Assembly (NCBI GenBank): GCA_963833985.1
Contig: CAWIAD010000002.1
Location: 5,536,001 to 5,600,000 of the forward strand
DNA length: 64,000 bases
Direction of reading: 5' to 3'
DNA from: an uncultured Planctomycetaceae bacterium
GTDB lineage: Bacteria; Planctomycetota; Planctomycetia; Isosphaerales; Isosphaeraceae
The first letter of the stretch is position 1; the number at the start of each line of letters is the position of its first letter. The position numbers were made by a program, and so were the translations under genes. Positions 1-12,086 of the stretch are shown piece by piece. The notes beneath the pieces were generated by a model. The model ran no database searches and was not told where the DNA came from. It saw only the letters and a list, made by a program, of their open reading frames with translations.

Positions 1-895
1 TTCGTCGTTCCGCCTCGTCCGCAAAATCCAGGGCCTCGACGTGCGGATCACGGCGGATGAATGACGGCTCTCCGACGCCACTCACGTCCGGGCCATTGCC
101 CGTGTAGAACATGGCGCCGCCCTGCCAGGTGGTCAGGATGAACTCGTGCGGCCGTGAAGTGGCATAATTCACCAGCGTCACGGGCGCGAGTGCCAGCACG
201 AAACCCATTGCAAAAGCAACTGCCCGGATGCATCTGCCCACCCGGGTCAGGGCCAGGCCCGGGCAGATCAGCCACCAGATCGCGCCGATGGGAGCTATCA
301 GCAAGGCATTACCCCTCAGGAGCGTGACCATACCCCAGGGGTAACCAGCGAGAGCCGCCCATAACACCCTCCGGTTTGCCTCTGAACCGTAAGCCATCGC
401 AGTGAGCGCCAGGGCTGTACCAAGGGCCCCTGCCCCTTCCTTCTCAAGCTGCGCATCGGTGAAGACGAGGGGGCTATACATGGCGAGTGCCAGGCCCGCA
501 AGCACCCCTTCCACCCGCCCGAGGGCGCGGCGCCCCACCCAGTAGACGACCAGTGGTGTGAGCGTGCCTGCACAGGCGAGTGCCATACGGACGGCTGCCA
601 CACCGGTCCCGACCAGGTGCATCACGCCTGCAAGGATGTATTGAATCAGGGGATCCTGAAAGAACGGCTGGTCCGGCAGCCATTGACCGCCAAGGATCTC
701 GCAGGCACGTTCCCAGTAGACAACCTCATCCACCCACAGCAGCCGCCCCAGGGGATGCCTCGTATACTCCGTCACGTAGAGGAGTCGCAGACCGAGCGCC
801 ACCATGCCGATCACGAGCATCCAGCAGGCGTCCGCATGCGACCGCAGGAATGACCAGGAAGCCGATGTGTGAGGTTTGGATGTACATTCAACCAT
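1..895 (-). CDS. GT-C fold membrane glycosyltransferase (PMT/ArnT/GT39-like), runs off the window start
   Basis: Hand-translated minus frame, absent from the ORF track because there is no stop in the window: MVECTSKP...GLRLLYV...LWVDEVVYWERA...FFQDPL...YSPLVFTDAQLEKE...TTWQGGAMFYTGNGP. DE motif after the first TM helix, multiple TM helices, ATG at 895 with AGGA upstream. Confidence 0.8.
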   Translation of the reverse strand, partial: MVECTSKPHTSASWSFLRSHADACWMLVIGMVALGLRLLYVTEYTRHPLGRLLWVDEVVYWERACEILGGQWLPDQPFFQDPLIQYILAGVMHLVGTGVAAVRMALACAGTLTPLVVYWVGRRALGRVEGVLAGLALAMYSPLVFTDAQLEKEGAGALGTALALTAMAYGSEANRRVLWAALAGYPWGMVTLLRGNALLIAPIGAIWWLICPGLALTRVGRCIRAVAFAMGFVLALAPVTLVNYATSRPHEFILTTWQGGAMFYTGNGPDVSGVGEPSFIRRDPHVEALDFADEAERR

Positions 896-987
896 GGCAA
901 AGACTTCCTGGACAACCCTGGCCAGGTTTGCTACTGTCCGGGCGCTGCAAGGTCTCGCTGTCTTTTCAGGACAAGGATGTCCGACCC

Positions 988-2496
988 ATGCCTGCGATCC
1001 ATCGGCCCTCACAGCTGGCGCCAGCGCGCAGCAAGGTGCCAGTTGCTCCCCGATCGGCCTGGCTCAGCACCGCCAGCTTGCGGCCCAGCCCTCTGAGCAT
1101 CTCACTCTATGGCGAGCCGACTGGCAATATCGAGGGGCTGAAGGCGAGTATTCAGGCCCAGGGAATTCTGGTTCCCCTGGTCGTAGCGGCAGGTGATGAA
1201 CCAGGTACCTGGGAAATCCTCTCCGGTCATCGGCGGTGGGCATGCGCTCAGGCCCTCAGCATCGCCCAGATTTTTTGCGAGATCCGCGATGAGTGTTCCG
1301 AGGATTCCCGCCAGCGCCTTATCCTGGAGTATAACCGGCAACGGCGCAAGACGTTCAGTCAGCTCATGCGTGAGGCGGATGTGCTGGAGACGATCCTGAC
1401 CGAGGAGGCCCGCCACCGGCGGCTTGCCAATCTTCGCCATCCAGCCCAGGCAACTACAGCTCATGTGGCGGCCACGCTGAACGTGGTCGACGGTCGAGAT
1501 TCCGACGATCCAGGGCTTGATGTGCCCGGCATGGTTGACACGCTGCATAAACCGAGGCGTCAGGGCCGCACGGACACGGCCATCAGCGACCATCTGGGAC
1601 TTGGCGGCAAGGATCTGTACCGGCAAGCCCGCGCGGTCTGGCGGACGGCTCAGACGGGTGATGTTCGGGCCCAGAGCAGCATTCTCCAGCTGGACGCGGA
1701 AACGAAGACCATCCATGCTGCCTACAAGGACTTGCGCCGACGCACACGGTTCACGGCCGACTTCTCTCCTACCCCTTATGATGTCTGGTCGTTCCGCCAT
1801 GACCGGGCCTTCGGCATTCCCTACCCTGGCTCCATTCCACCAGCAATCGTTGCCCATGCGATCCATTACTTCTGTCCGCCGGGCGGTCTTGTGGTTGACC
1901 CCATGGCGGGAGGCGGGACCACTCTGGACGTGTGTGCATCCATGGATCGGCGGTGTCTGGCCTATGACCTGGAGCCAGCCCGTCCTGATATTCTCCGCCA
2001 CGATATCCAGACGGGGTTTCCGGCCGACGTCCAGGAGTGTGACCTGATCTTTTGCGACCCCCCCTACCACACCATGCTGGCCAGCGCTTATGTACCAGAG
2101 AGTATCTCGACGGCCACATGGTCAACCTGGGCCACGTTTCTCACGCGGCTTACGCGCCTTTCCTTCCAGGTCCTGCGGCCTGGCGGCTACCTGGCCTTGC
2201 TCCTGGCGGCTCAAACCGAAAAGGATCTTCCCGCCGGATATGGGTACCTCGATCACGCATTCCTGGGCTACACCGCAGCGCTACAGGCAGGTTTCTATCC
2301 GGAGCGGCGGGTGAGCTGTCCGATGAGTGCCGGCTACTTACCTCAGCACGTCCGACGAGCCCGCGTCGAAGGTCGGATGCTCGGACAGGTACGGGACCTG
2401 ATCGTGGTCCGACGTCCGCTAGACACTGGGGAAGGAAACGCCCGGAATATCCCATTATTGCAATTAGCTGCCAGCACACAACTCCCCGATGTTTGA
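988..2496 (+). CDS. ParB/Srx N-terminal domain fused to an amino (N6A/N4C-type) SAM-dependent methyltransferase
   Basis: ParB motifs LKASIQAQGILVPLVV and WEILSGHRRW; MTase motif I DPMAGGGTT and motif IV DPPY. Start moved to ATG 988 (AAGGA upstream) because the 580 start overlaps the opposite-strand glycosyltransferase. Confidence 0.85.
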   Translation: MPAIHRPSQLAPARSKVPVAPRSAWLSTASLRPSPLSISLYGEPTGNIEGLKASIQAQGILVPLVVAAGDEPGTWEILSGHRRWACAQALSIAQIFCEIRDECSEDSRQRLILEYNRQRRKTFSQLMREADVLETILTEEARHRRLANLRHPAQATTAHVAATLNVVDGRDSDDPGLDVPGMVDTLHKPRRQGRTDTAISDHLGLGGKDLYRQARAVWRTAQTGDVRAQSSILQLDAETKTIHAAYKDLRRRTRFTADFSPTPYDVWSFRHDRAFGIPYPGSIPPAIVAHAIHYFCPPGGLVVDPMAGGGTTLDVCASMDRRCLAYDLEPARPDILRHDIQTGFPADVQECDLIFCDPPYHTMLASAYVPESISTATWSTWATFLTRLTRLSFQVLRPGGYLALLLAAQTEKDLPAGYGYLDHAFLGYTAALQAGFYPERRVSCPMSAGYLPQHVRRARVEGRMLGQVRDLIVVRRPLDTGEGNARNIPLLQLAASTQLPDV

Positions 2497-2566
2497 GCAT
2501 CCAGGATTTCTGCACGGGGCCAGGGAAAAATCAAGCCATAGATGGCGATAGCCCACTCCTACGAAC

Positions 2567-2596
2567 TGCCACAATGACAGGTGCCACTTTGACAGG
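2567..2596. repeat. Tandem 15-bp direct repeat TGCCAC(AA/TT)TGACAGG x2
   Basis: 2567-2581 tgccacaatgacagg and 2582-2596 tgccactttgacagg, between convergent gene ends. Confidence 0.65.
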
Positions 2597-2602
2597 AGCA
2601 GT

Positions 2603-3644
2603 TTATTCGAGGGGGTCGCCGCAGGCGAGCTCGTAGACCTTACCCCGCACGAAAGGATTGGAGAGCGTGGGGTTGCGTCGCGTCAATGGTGCTGGCAGTT
2701 CAGCTACCGCCTGGGCAACCAGGTGTTCGAGCTCGGCGGGGCCGAGTCGTTCCAGGACATAGGCGATGGCTGCGTCTTCAGAGGCTTGTTCCTGGGCCTT
2801 TTGACTTTGCGCTGCTTGAACCTGAACCGCGTGGAGCTGGCTCTGGAGCTGGCGGCGGCGATCCTCCAGGCGACTGGCAACCTGCGGAAGCAGGTCATAC
2901 CCATCCTCGATACCGGCCCGGATATAGCCAGGAGCATTTTGCAGTTTGCCTTGCCCTTGCAGGTAAAAAGCGTTTAGCAGCACCTTGGCCACAGCTTCAG
3001 GGTCCTTCTGCCGCCAGGAGCCGGCGGGCCAGCGTCCGGGATAATCCCTGATTCGTCAACAGTTCCTGCAAATCCACAGCAACCTCGAGGCGGCCCTCCG
3101 CCGTGAGCCGGAACGGCGTTCCCGGAACCGGGATGGTCGCTGTGTCTGAATCTTTCGAATCTGTCTCTTGTTCGGGCCTAGCTCTCGGGCCGCACGCGTC
3201 CAGGAACTGGACCACTTCCTGTAAAGAATTTTGACCAGTTGGCAGGGGGTCAAGTAAAGTTTTTTGACCAGTTTCGGGAGTTACCGCTGAAGAGTCTGGA
3301 CCGGTTCCGGGGGGCGTGGAGAGGTCTGGTTTCATGCTCTTACGACGGCTCGGCCGCTGCGTCGGTACCGGCTGGCGGAGGACCCGGTATGCCGTGGACC
3401 GGCCCCTGGCCCGACTGGCGACCAGCAGCCCGGCGCGCACCAGCTCCTCGACGGCCGTGATCACGGTTTGCCGGCTCAATCCCGCCTGCTGGGCAATCGT
3501 CCGCACGCTCGGGTAGGCCCAGTCGGTACCGAAATCGGAGTACAGGCCGATGACGAGGTAGACCTTGATCGCGGAGCCGCCCAGAGTCTTGAACGCCTCG
3601 GATCGGAGCAAATCGTGCTCGACACGGAAGAAATAAGATCCCAC
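2603..3644 (-). CDS. HTH_36-like replication-initiator-type protein, split by one frameshift near 3005-3012
   Basis: N-terminal wHTH (AIKVYLVIG...WAYPSVRTIAQQAGLSRQTVITAVEELVRAGLL), 11-aa-periodic TG(P/Q) linker, C-terminal KLQNAPGYIRAGIEDGY. Removing one base joins ORF 2997..3728 to ORF 2603..2992 (LLAQKDPEAVAKVLLNAFY). Confidence 0.65.
3208..3306. repeat. Iteron-like direct repeats with 33-bp period inside the HTH/Rep-like gene
   Basis: gtaaagaattttgaccagtt (3221-3240) and gtaaagttttttgaccagtt (3254-3273) are 18/20 identical. Core GACC(A/G)GTT starts at 3233, 3266 and 3299; a degenerate gaccactt starts at 3210. Locally AT-rich. Confidence 0.65.
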
Positions 3645-3758
3645 GGCTGACCACGACCCCGGCTTGAGATGAATCCACGCAAGTGTGATATCGAAATACC
3701 GAGTGGTCCCCCGCTGCAAGCCTGGCATGGCGTACAGCCGCTGGGCAAGTCGAACGCG

Positions 3759-4070
3759 TCAGGTCGCGGGCGCTGGATCGGGGACGTAGTACGTCTTGAC
3801 CTTGCCGCGCTCGTGCGTGGTGGAGACAACCAGCCCGAGCTCCTCGAGCCGGACCAGGCTCTCGATCACGGTGGGGCAGGAAAGCTGTGTGCGCCTCGTC
3901 AGCTCGTTGAGGCTGATCCTCACGCTGCGGTCGGGCAGGCCACCACAGGCGTCGATGACCACCAGGTAGACCTTGATGGCCTCGCCGCGGATCCGCGCGA
4001 GATAGCCGCGGTCAAAGAGCACCGTCTTGACCCAGTCGACCTGGGTCGACACAGGAGCCATCACAGGCAT
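3759..4070 (-). CDS. Small winged-HTH protein, paralogous to the N-terminus of the adjacent Rep-like gene
   Basis: AIKVYLV shared exactly with the neighbour; ISLNELTRRTQLSCPTVIESLVRLEELGLV HTH. Start could be 4070 or 4061. Confidence 0.75.
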   Translation of the reverse strand: MPVMAPVSTQVDWVKTVLFDRGYLARIRGEAIKVYLVVIDACGGLPDRSVRISLNELTRRTQLSCPTVIESLVRLEELGLVVSTTHERGKVKTYYVPDPAPAT

Positions 4071-4193
4071 GTGCGGTTCAACTCCGGTACGGAACTTCTG
4101 AACGCGGCATTGCTCCGGCGATTCTCTCGACATGGTCCGTGCTTGAAAGAGAAGGTCGCAAGCGAGCATACCACGAAATTTGCCTCCAGGGTG

Positions 4194-4221
4194 TTGACCA
4201 GCGTAAATTTTGGGTTAAGAT
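4194..4221 (+). promoter_or_regulatory. Putative sigma70 rrn promoter (-35 TTGACC, 16-bp spacer, -10 TAAGAT)
   Basis: TTGACC 4194-4199 and TAAGAT 4216-4221; a 16-bp spacer is typical of rrn P1; about 490 nt upstream of 16S. Confidence 0.7.
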
Positions 4222-4352
4222 TGCCTTTGCGTCACCCAGTTCTCGATTGACTGAGACGGCCGGGGCGAGATGCCAACAGGCAGCTTGCACCGGCCGATGG
4301 CATCGGCGGAACTCGGTGAACAACGCGGCCGGTTGCGGCGTACCACTTGGGT

Positions 4353-4382
4353 TGCCGGAACCCGGCATGGCTCTTTGACAAT
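4353..4382 (+). promoter_or_regulatory. rrn leader antitermination boxB hairpin + boxA
   Basis: Hairpin tgccgg-aac-ccggca (4353-4367) then GGCTCTTTGACAAT (4369-4382), close to boxA TGCTCTTTAACA. Confidence 0.7.
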
Positions 4383-4708
4383 CCGGTTGATTGCACTCGT
4401 CAGCCAGAAAACGAGAACGCAAGAGAATTGCAAGCACACGATGGATGAGATTCATCCGTTCTGTGGTGAGAAACCCTTGAGGGGAGCCGGCGTGCGGCCG
4501 CAGCCTCGGGGCGGCCCGGCCTTCGTGGTCCGAAGCGCCTGGGCTGCCGTGGGATGGCCTGCACAGGACCGGCAGCAAGTTCCCGGCAGAACGGTTGTGA
4601 AACCGCCTTGCCAGGGGCTTGATGCGACCAGTTTTTTTTCCTCAACCTTTCGAGGTGAGGGTTGATCCGCGGCCGGGGCTCTCGGGCTCTGCGAAGCGGG
4701 TTGACATC

Positions 4709-6224
<1,516 letters not shown>

Positions 6225-6394
6225 AAGGACAACCTTGGAAAACCGGCCTGAGAGTTCACCCAGGAAGTGTTGCCGCCAGGCTTCGCTTCCCGAACTCGAT
6301 AAGGCCACGTCGGCACCATCCCCGGACCTCGATCCCGCGGCACGCCCGCCGGCTCCCCTTGGGGGTTTGCACCACAGTTGGCTTGTGACGTTTC

Positions 6395-6688
6395 GTGATG
6401 GCTCTGAAATTCGAGTGGGACCCCGTCAAGGCCGCCTCCAACCTGACCAGGCATGGAGTCGGTTTCGACGAGGCGTCCACCGTCTTCGATGATCCGCTGG
6501 CCAGGATCTTTTATGATGAGGACCATTCGATCGAGGAGACGCGCGAGATCCTTGTGGGCCACTCGATTCTCCGCCGGCTGCTGCTCGTGAACTTTACCGA
6601 GCGAGGCCCCGGCCTCGTGCGGATCATCAGTGCCCGGCCGGCGACGCGGAAAGAACGTACAGCCCATGAAGAAGACCAAGGTGGGTGA
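6395..6688 (+). CDS. brnT: BrnT-family (DUF497) type II toxin, inside the 16S-23S ITS
   Basis: FEWDPVKAASNLTRHGVGFDEASTVFDDP...DEDHSIEETREILVG...LLLVNFTER...VRIISARPATRKER matches the BrnT signature (FEWD..K...N..KHG..F; RIISAR.A...ER). GTG 6395 or ATG 6398. Confidence 0.92.
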   Translation: MMALKFEWDPVKAASNLTRHGVGFDEASTVFDDPLARIFYDEDHSIEETREILVGHSILRRLLLVNFTERGPGLVRIISARPATRKERTAHEEDQGG

Positions 6689-6902
6689 CCGCCCGCTGGA
6701 GCCATCGGACGAGCTTCGTTCCGAGTATGCGTTTGACTACACGCAAGCCCGGCCGAATCGGTTTGCGAGCCCGAGCGATCGAGATCGGCTGGTGGTGGCC
6801 CTTGACCCGGATGTGAGCAAGGTGTTCACCACCGCGGAGTCGGTCAACAGCCTGCTCCGGGCCCTGATCGAGACGATGCCCAAGAGTTCTGGACGACCGT
6901 AG
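6666..6902 (+). CDS. Cognate antitoxin (BrnA-like), overlaps the toxin stop
   Basis: MKKTK...DELRSEYAFDYTQARPNRFA...VVALDPDVSKVFTTAESVNSLLRALI, typical of small genes downstream of brnT (EYDF...LDPDV...VN..LR). 23-nt overlap with the toxin. Confidence 0.82.
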   Translation: MKKTKVGDRPLEPSDELRSEYAFDYTQARPNRFASPSDRDRLVVALDPDVSKVFTTAESVNSLLRALIETMPKSSGRP

Positions 6903-6996
6903 CAATCAACCGAGATTTCTTTCCCCTCGCCTCTGGGCGCGGGGCGGTGCCCTTGTCGCAGGGCCTCGCCCCCTGGCCAGCAGCTTGGCCGGGAGT

Positions 6997-7030
6997 GGCG
7001 GAGCAATCCGCCGCGTGTTCCTTGACAATT
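6997..7030 (+). promoter_or_regulatory. Spacer boxB (GCAA tetraloop hairpin) + boxA before 23S
   Basis: ggcgga-gcaa-tccgcc then TGTTCCTTGACAAT (7016-7029), paralleling the leader boxA context (TTGACAATcCGGT vs TTGACAATtCGGT). Confidence 0.7.
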
Positions 7031-7421
7031 CGGTGGTTGGTCACACACGAATCAGCCAGGTCCGCGCGTGGGGCAAGATTCCGATCTTGTCGCTGCGTGC
7101 CTTGTGTTCCTACATGGACCTGGTGGAATTCACACACACCCGCGTGATCGGCGGCAGGCTTTGGCCGTGCCGGCGAGACGCGAGGGTGAGTGGCACTCTC
7201 CAACGAACAGTTTCACGGCTCTGGCCGGTGGGAAGGGGCGACGTCAGTCCAACCATCCGCGTCGGTCGGGGCTCTGAAGAAGATAACGAACCCTTACGGA
7301 TCGAATCGATGGGTCTGGCACCGGCCGTCGCGTCGCGAGACGCCGCGGCCGCACGGTCCGGACCCGAGTGAGCCCGCTGTCGGCCTGCGTCTTCTCCGGA
7401 AGCCGGAGGTCCGATCGGCGT

Positions 7422-10221
<2,800 letters not shown>

Positions 10222-10463
10222 ACCCCGATCGGCCCCCCATCCCGGGAACGCCGCGGAGGTGGACTCACCGGACTCGATCCGAACAAGGGTCAGGTCCCAT
10301 CGGACTGGTGACGCCGCGTGCCCCACGCGGGCCGCGAACCCGCCACCGGTCCCTGTTCCGCGAACGTGCCCCTCACCCGGTGTGCGTGCACCCTGAAACC
10401 CAATCCGCGTGTGACCGACCATCCGCAAAGCGGCCGGCGCGCAGAAATGCGCGCCGGCCGGTT

Positions 10464-10572
10464 TTCCGGCGACCATACCGGCGGGGTCACACCCGTTCCC
10501 ATTCCGAACACGGCCGTTAAGCCCGCCGGGCCCATGATAGTGCTCAGGCGCGAAAGTCGGTGATCGCCGGAA
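10464..10572 (+). rRNA. rrf: 5S rRNA (109 nt, short planctomycete type)
   Basis: ttccggcga...tcgccggaa terminal helix; cacccgttcccattccgaacacgg core. Confidence 0.95.
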
Positions 10573-10581
10573 TCTTTTCAC

Positions 10582-10624
10582 AACGCCGCCCCGGATCTCC
10601 TTCAGATCCCGGGCGGCGTTTTTT
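10582..10624 (+). terminator. Intrinsic terminator of the rrn operon
   Basis: aacgccgccccggatct-ccttc-agatcccgggcggcgtt stem followed by a T run. Confidence 0.85.
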
Positions 10625-10653
10625 GGTTTCGAATGCGACCCACGAGCAGCCAC

Positions 10654-12036
10654 CTACTTCTTCGCGAGCTCCCTCCAGGTCTCGGTGAGGCACCGCGAAA
10701 GCTCGTTGTCACGCCAGTTCCAGAGCCGATCATGCTGGACGTCCACATTGACAGGCTCGAAGTTCCAGGTGCTCGGGTAACAGTAGGCGCCGACGGTCTG
10801 AACGGCGATCCCCAGCACGATCGCGATCGCCAGCAGGCCTGTCACGAGGCGCGAGCGGTCGATCGCCCAGTCGATCGCGAACGCGAGCATGATGGCAAAG
10901 AGCGGCATCACGTCGGTCCAGTAGCGCGGGCCAAAGCAGTGGCCACCCCACCAGACGGCGTACTTGGAAAGGAGCAGAAAGTATGGAACCAGTCCCAGCA
11001 GCAGCCAGACAACCAGGTGGCGGAAACCGAGCCGGGAGACAACAAGGGGCATGGCAGGAAGGACCAAGGCGACCCACGGAGTGTAGACGAACAGACCACG
11101 CCCTGGACTGAAGAGCGTTCCCAGTGCACCTTCCGCGAGGTTGCCCGACCAGGGGCCGGGCAGGTGATGTATCCCCCGATGAATCTGCTCCAGCTCCGCC
11201 TGACCACCGCTCAGCTCACCGAAGTAGTAGATGTTGTAAGCAAGCAGCAGCAGAACGCCGGCCAACAGTACTGGCAGGAACCAGAAAAGATTCCTGGGTC
11301 GCGCCTGCACCAGCCAGAGCACGATCATCACCGCGAAGACACCGTCGATCAACCGGCAGGCGATCAGTAGTGCCGTCACGAAGCCAGCCAGGATGAGCCG
11401 CCAGCGTGGAACATTGGCTGGCTGGAGCAGTGCAATAGCAGCAACCAGCAAGAACGCCGCTGGCCCGTGCTGCCACAGGGCCTGGCTGCCAATGGTCCAG
11501 ACGTTTGATCCCAGGGCCATGGCCAGAGTCGCCGGCAGAGCTGCACGGCGCAGGCCAAGGGTGATGAGTACCTGGTGCAGGAGGACGGCCGTGAGTGCCA
11601 TGAGCATGGCAAGTGAGTACCTTGCCATCTGCGCACACTGATCTCTAGCTCTTGCCGGGTTGCGATCCCAGTCAGGCTGAAGCCAGTCCAGGAGTGCGAT
11701 CTGAGGCGCCACCAGTGGCTCAACCAGGAGAGCGGGGGCAACGGGGTAGCGTGAAAGAATGTGGTTCTTCCACGGTCTGACAAAGACGGGCATGACACGA
11801 TTCGTATCGCGCAGCATGATACGAAACCGGTCAAGGAAAACCCCCTCGCCGCGGGCAAAGGTAAGCACCATCATCGTGGCTGGTTCAGTATCGTAGCTGC
11901 CCAGGTTTCGGTAGTTCGCCGCATAGATGGCCGCCAAGCCAAGGCCAAGTGCCAGCGGGGTGATTGCCCTGCGCCAGAGTGGCTTACGGGCGGGTCCAGC
12001 GGGTCCGTCATGGTGGGATCCGGACATCGCTGCCAT
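10654..12036 (-). CDS. Polytopic membrane protein, GT-C-type glycosyltransferase
   Basis: Many TM helices; SYD after TM1, SRYPVAP, SQALWQHG, WWGGHCFGPRY motifs typical of PMT-like GT-C proteins. Confidence 0.7.
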   Translation of the reverse strand: MAAMSGSHHDGPAGPARKPLWRRAITPLALGLGLAAIYAANYRNLGSYDTEPATMMVLTFARGEGVFLDRFRIMLRDTNRVMPVFVRPWKNHILSRYPVAPALLVEPLVAPQIALLDWLQPDWDRNPARARDQCAQMARYSLAMLMALTAVLLHQVLITLGLRRAALPATLAMALGSNVWTIGSQALWQHGPAAFLLVAAIALLQPANVPRWRLILAGFVTALLIACRLIDGVFAVMIVLWLVQARPRNLFWFLPVLLAGVLLLLAYNIYYFGELSGGQAELEQIHRGIHHLPGPWSGNLAEGALGTLFSPGRGLFVYTPWVALVLPAMPLVVSRLGFRHLVVWLLLGLVPYFLLLSKYAVWWGGHCFGPRYWTDVMPLFAIMLAFAIDWAIDRSRLVTGLLAIAIVLGIAVQTVGAYCYPSTWNFEPVNVDVQHDRLWNWRDNELSRCLTETWRELAKK

Positions 12037-12086
12037 GCCCTGCTCGAGGGTGTTTCGAGGTCAACCGACACGACCACCTGCGCGGA

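Noticed and set aside
580..987. N-terminal extension of the ParB-MTase ORF
   Set aside because: Overlaps the well-supported minus-strand GT-C gene (1-895); ATG 988 has an SD.
4395..4409. Archaeal-type bulge-helix-bulge motif in the outer pre-16S stem
   Set aside because: The pairing gives a 3-nt bulge, a 4-bp helix and only a 2-nt bulge, so it is not canonical, and no splicing endonuclease is expected in this lineage.
6225..7421. tRNA-Ile/tRNA-Ala in the ITS
   Set aside because: No TAGCTCAG D-arm or GTTCGA T-arm cloverleaf found by eye; tRNAscan-SE would confirm.
10464..10572. Unusually short 5S rRNA as a novelty
   Set aside because: Short 5S rRNAs of about 109-111 nt are an established planctomycete trait.
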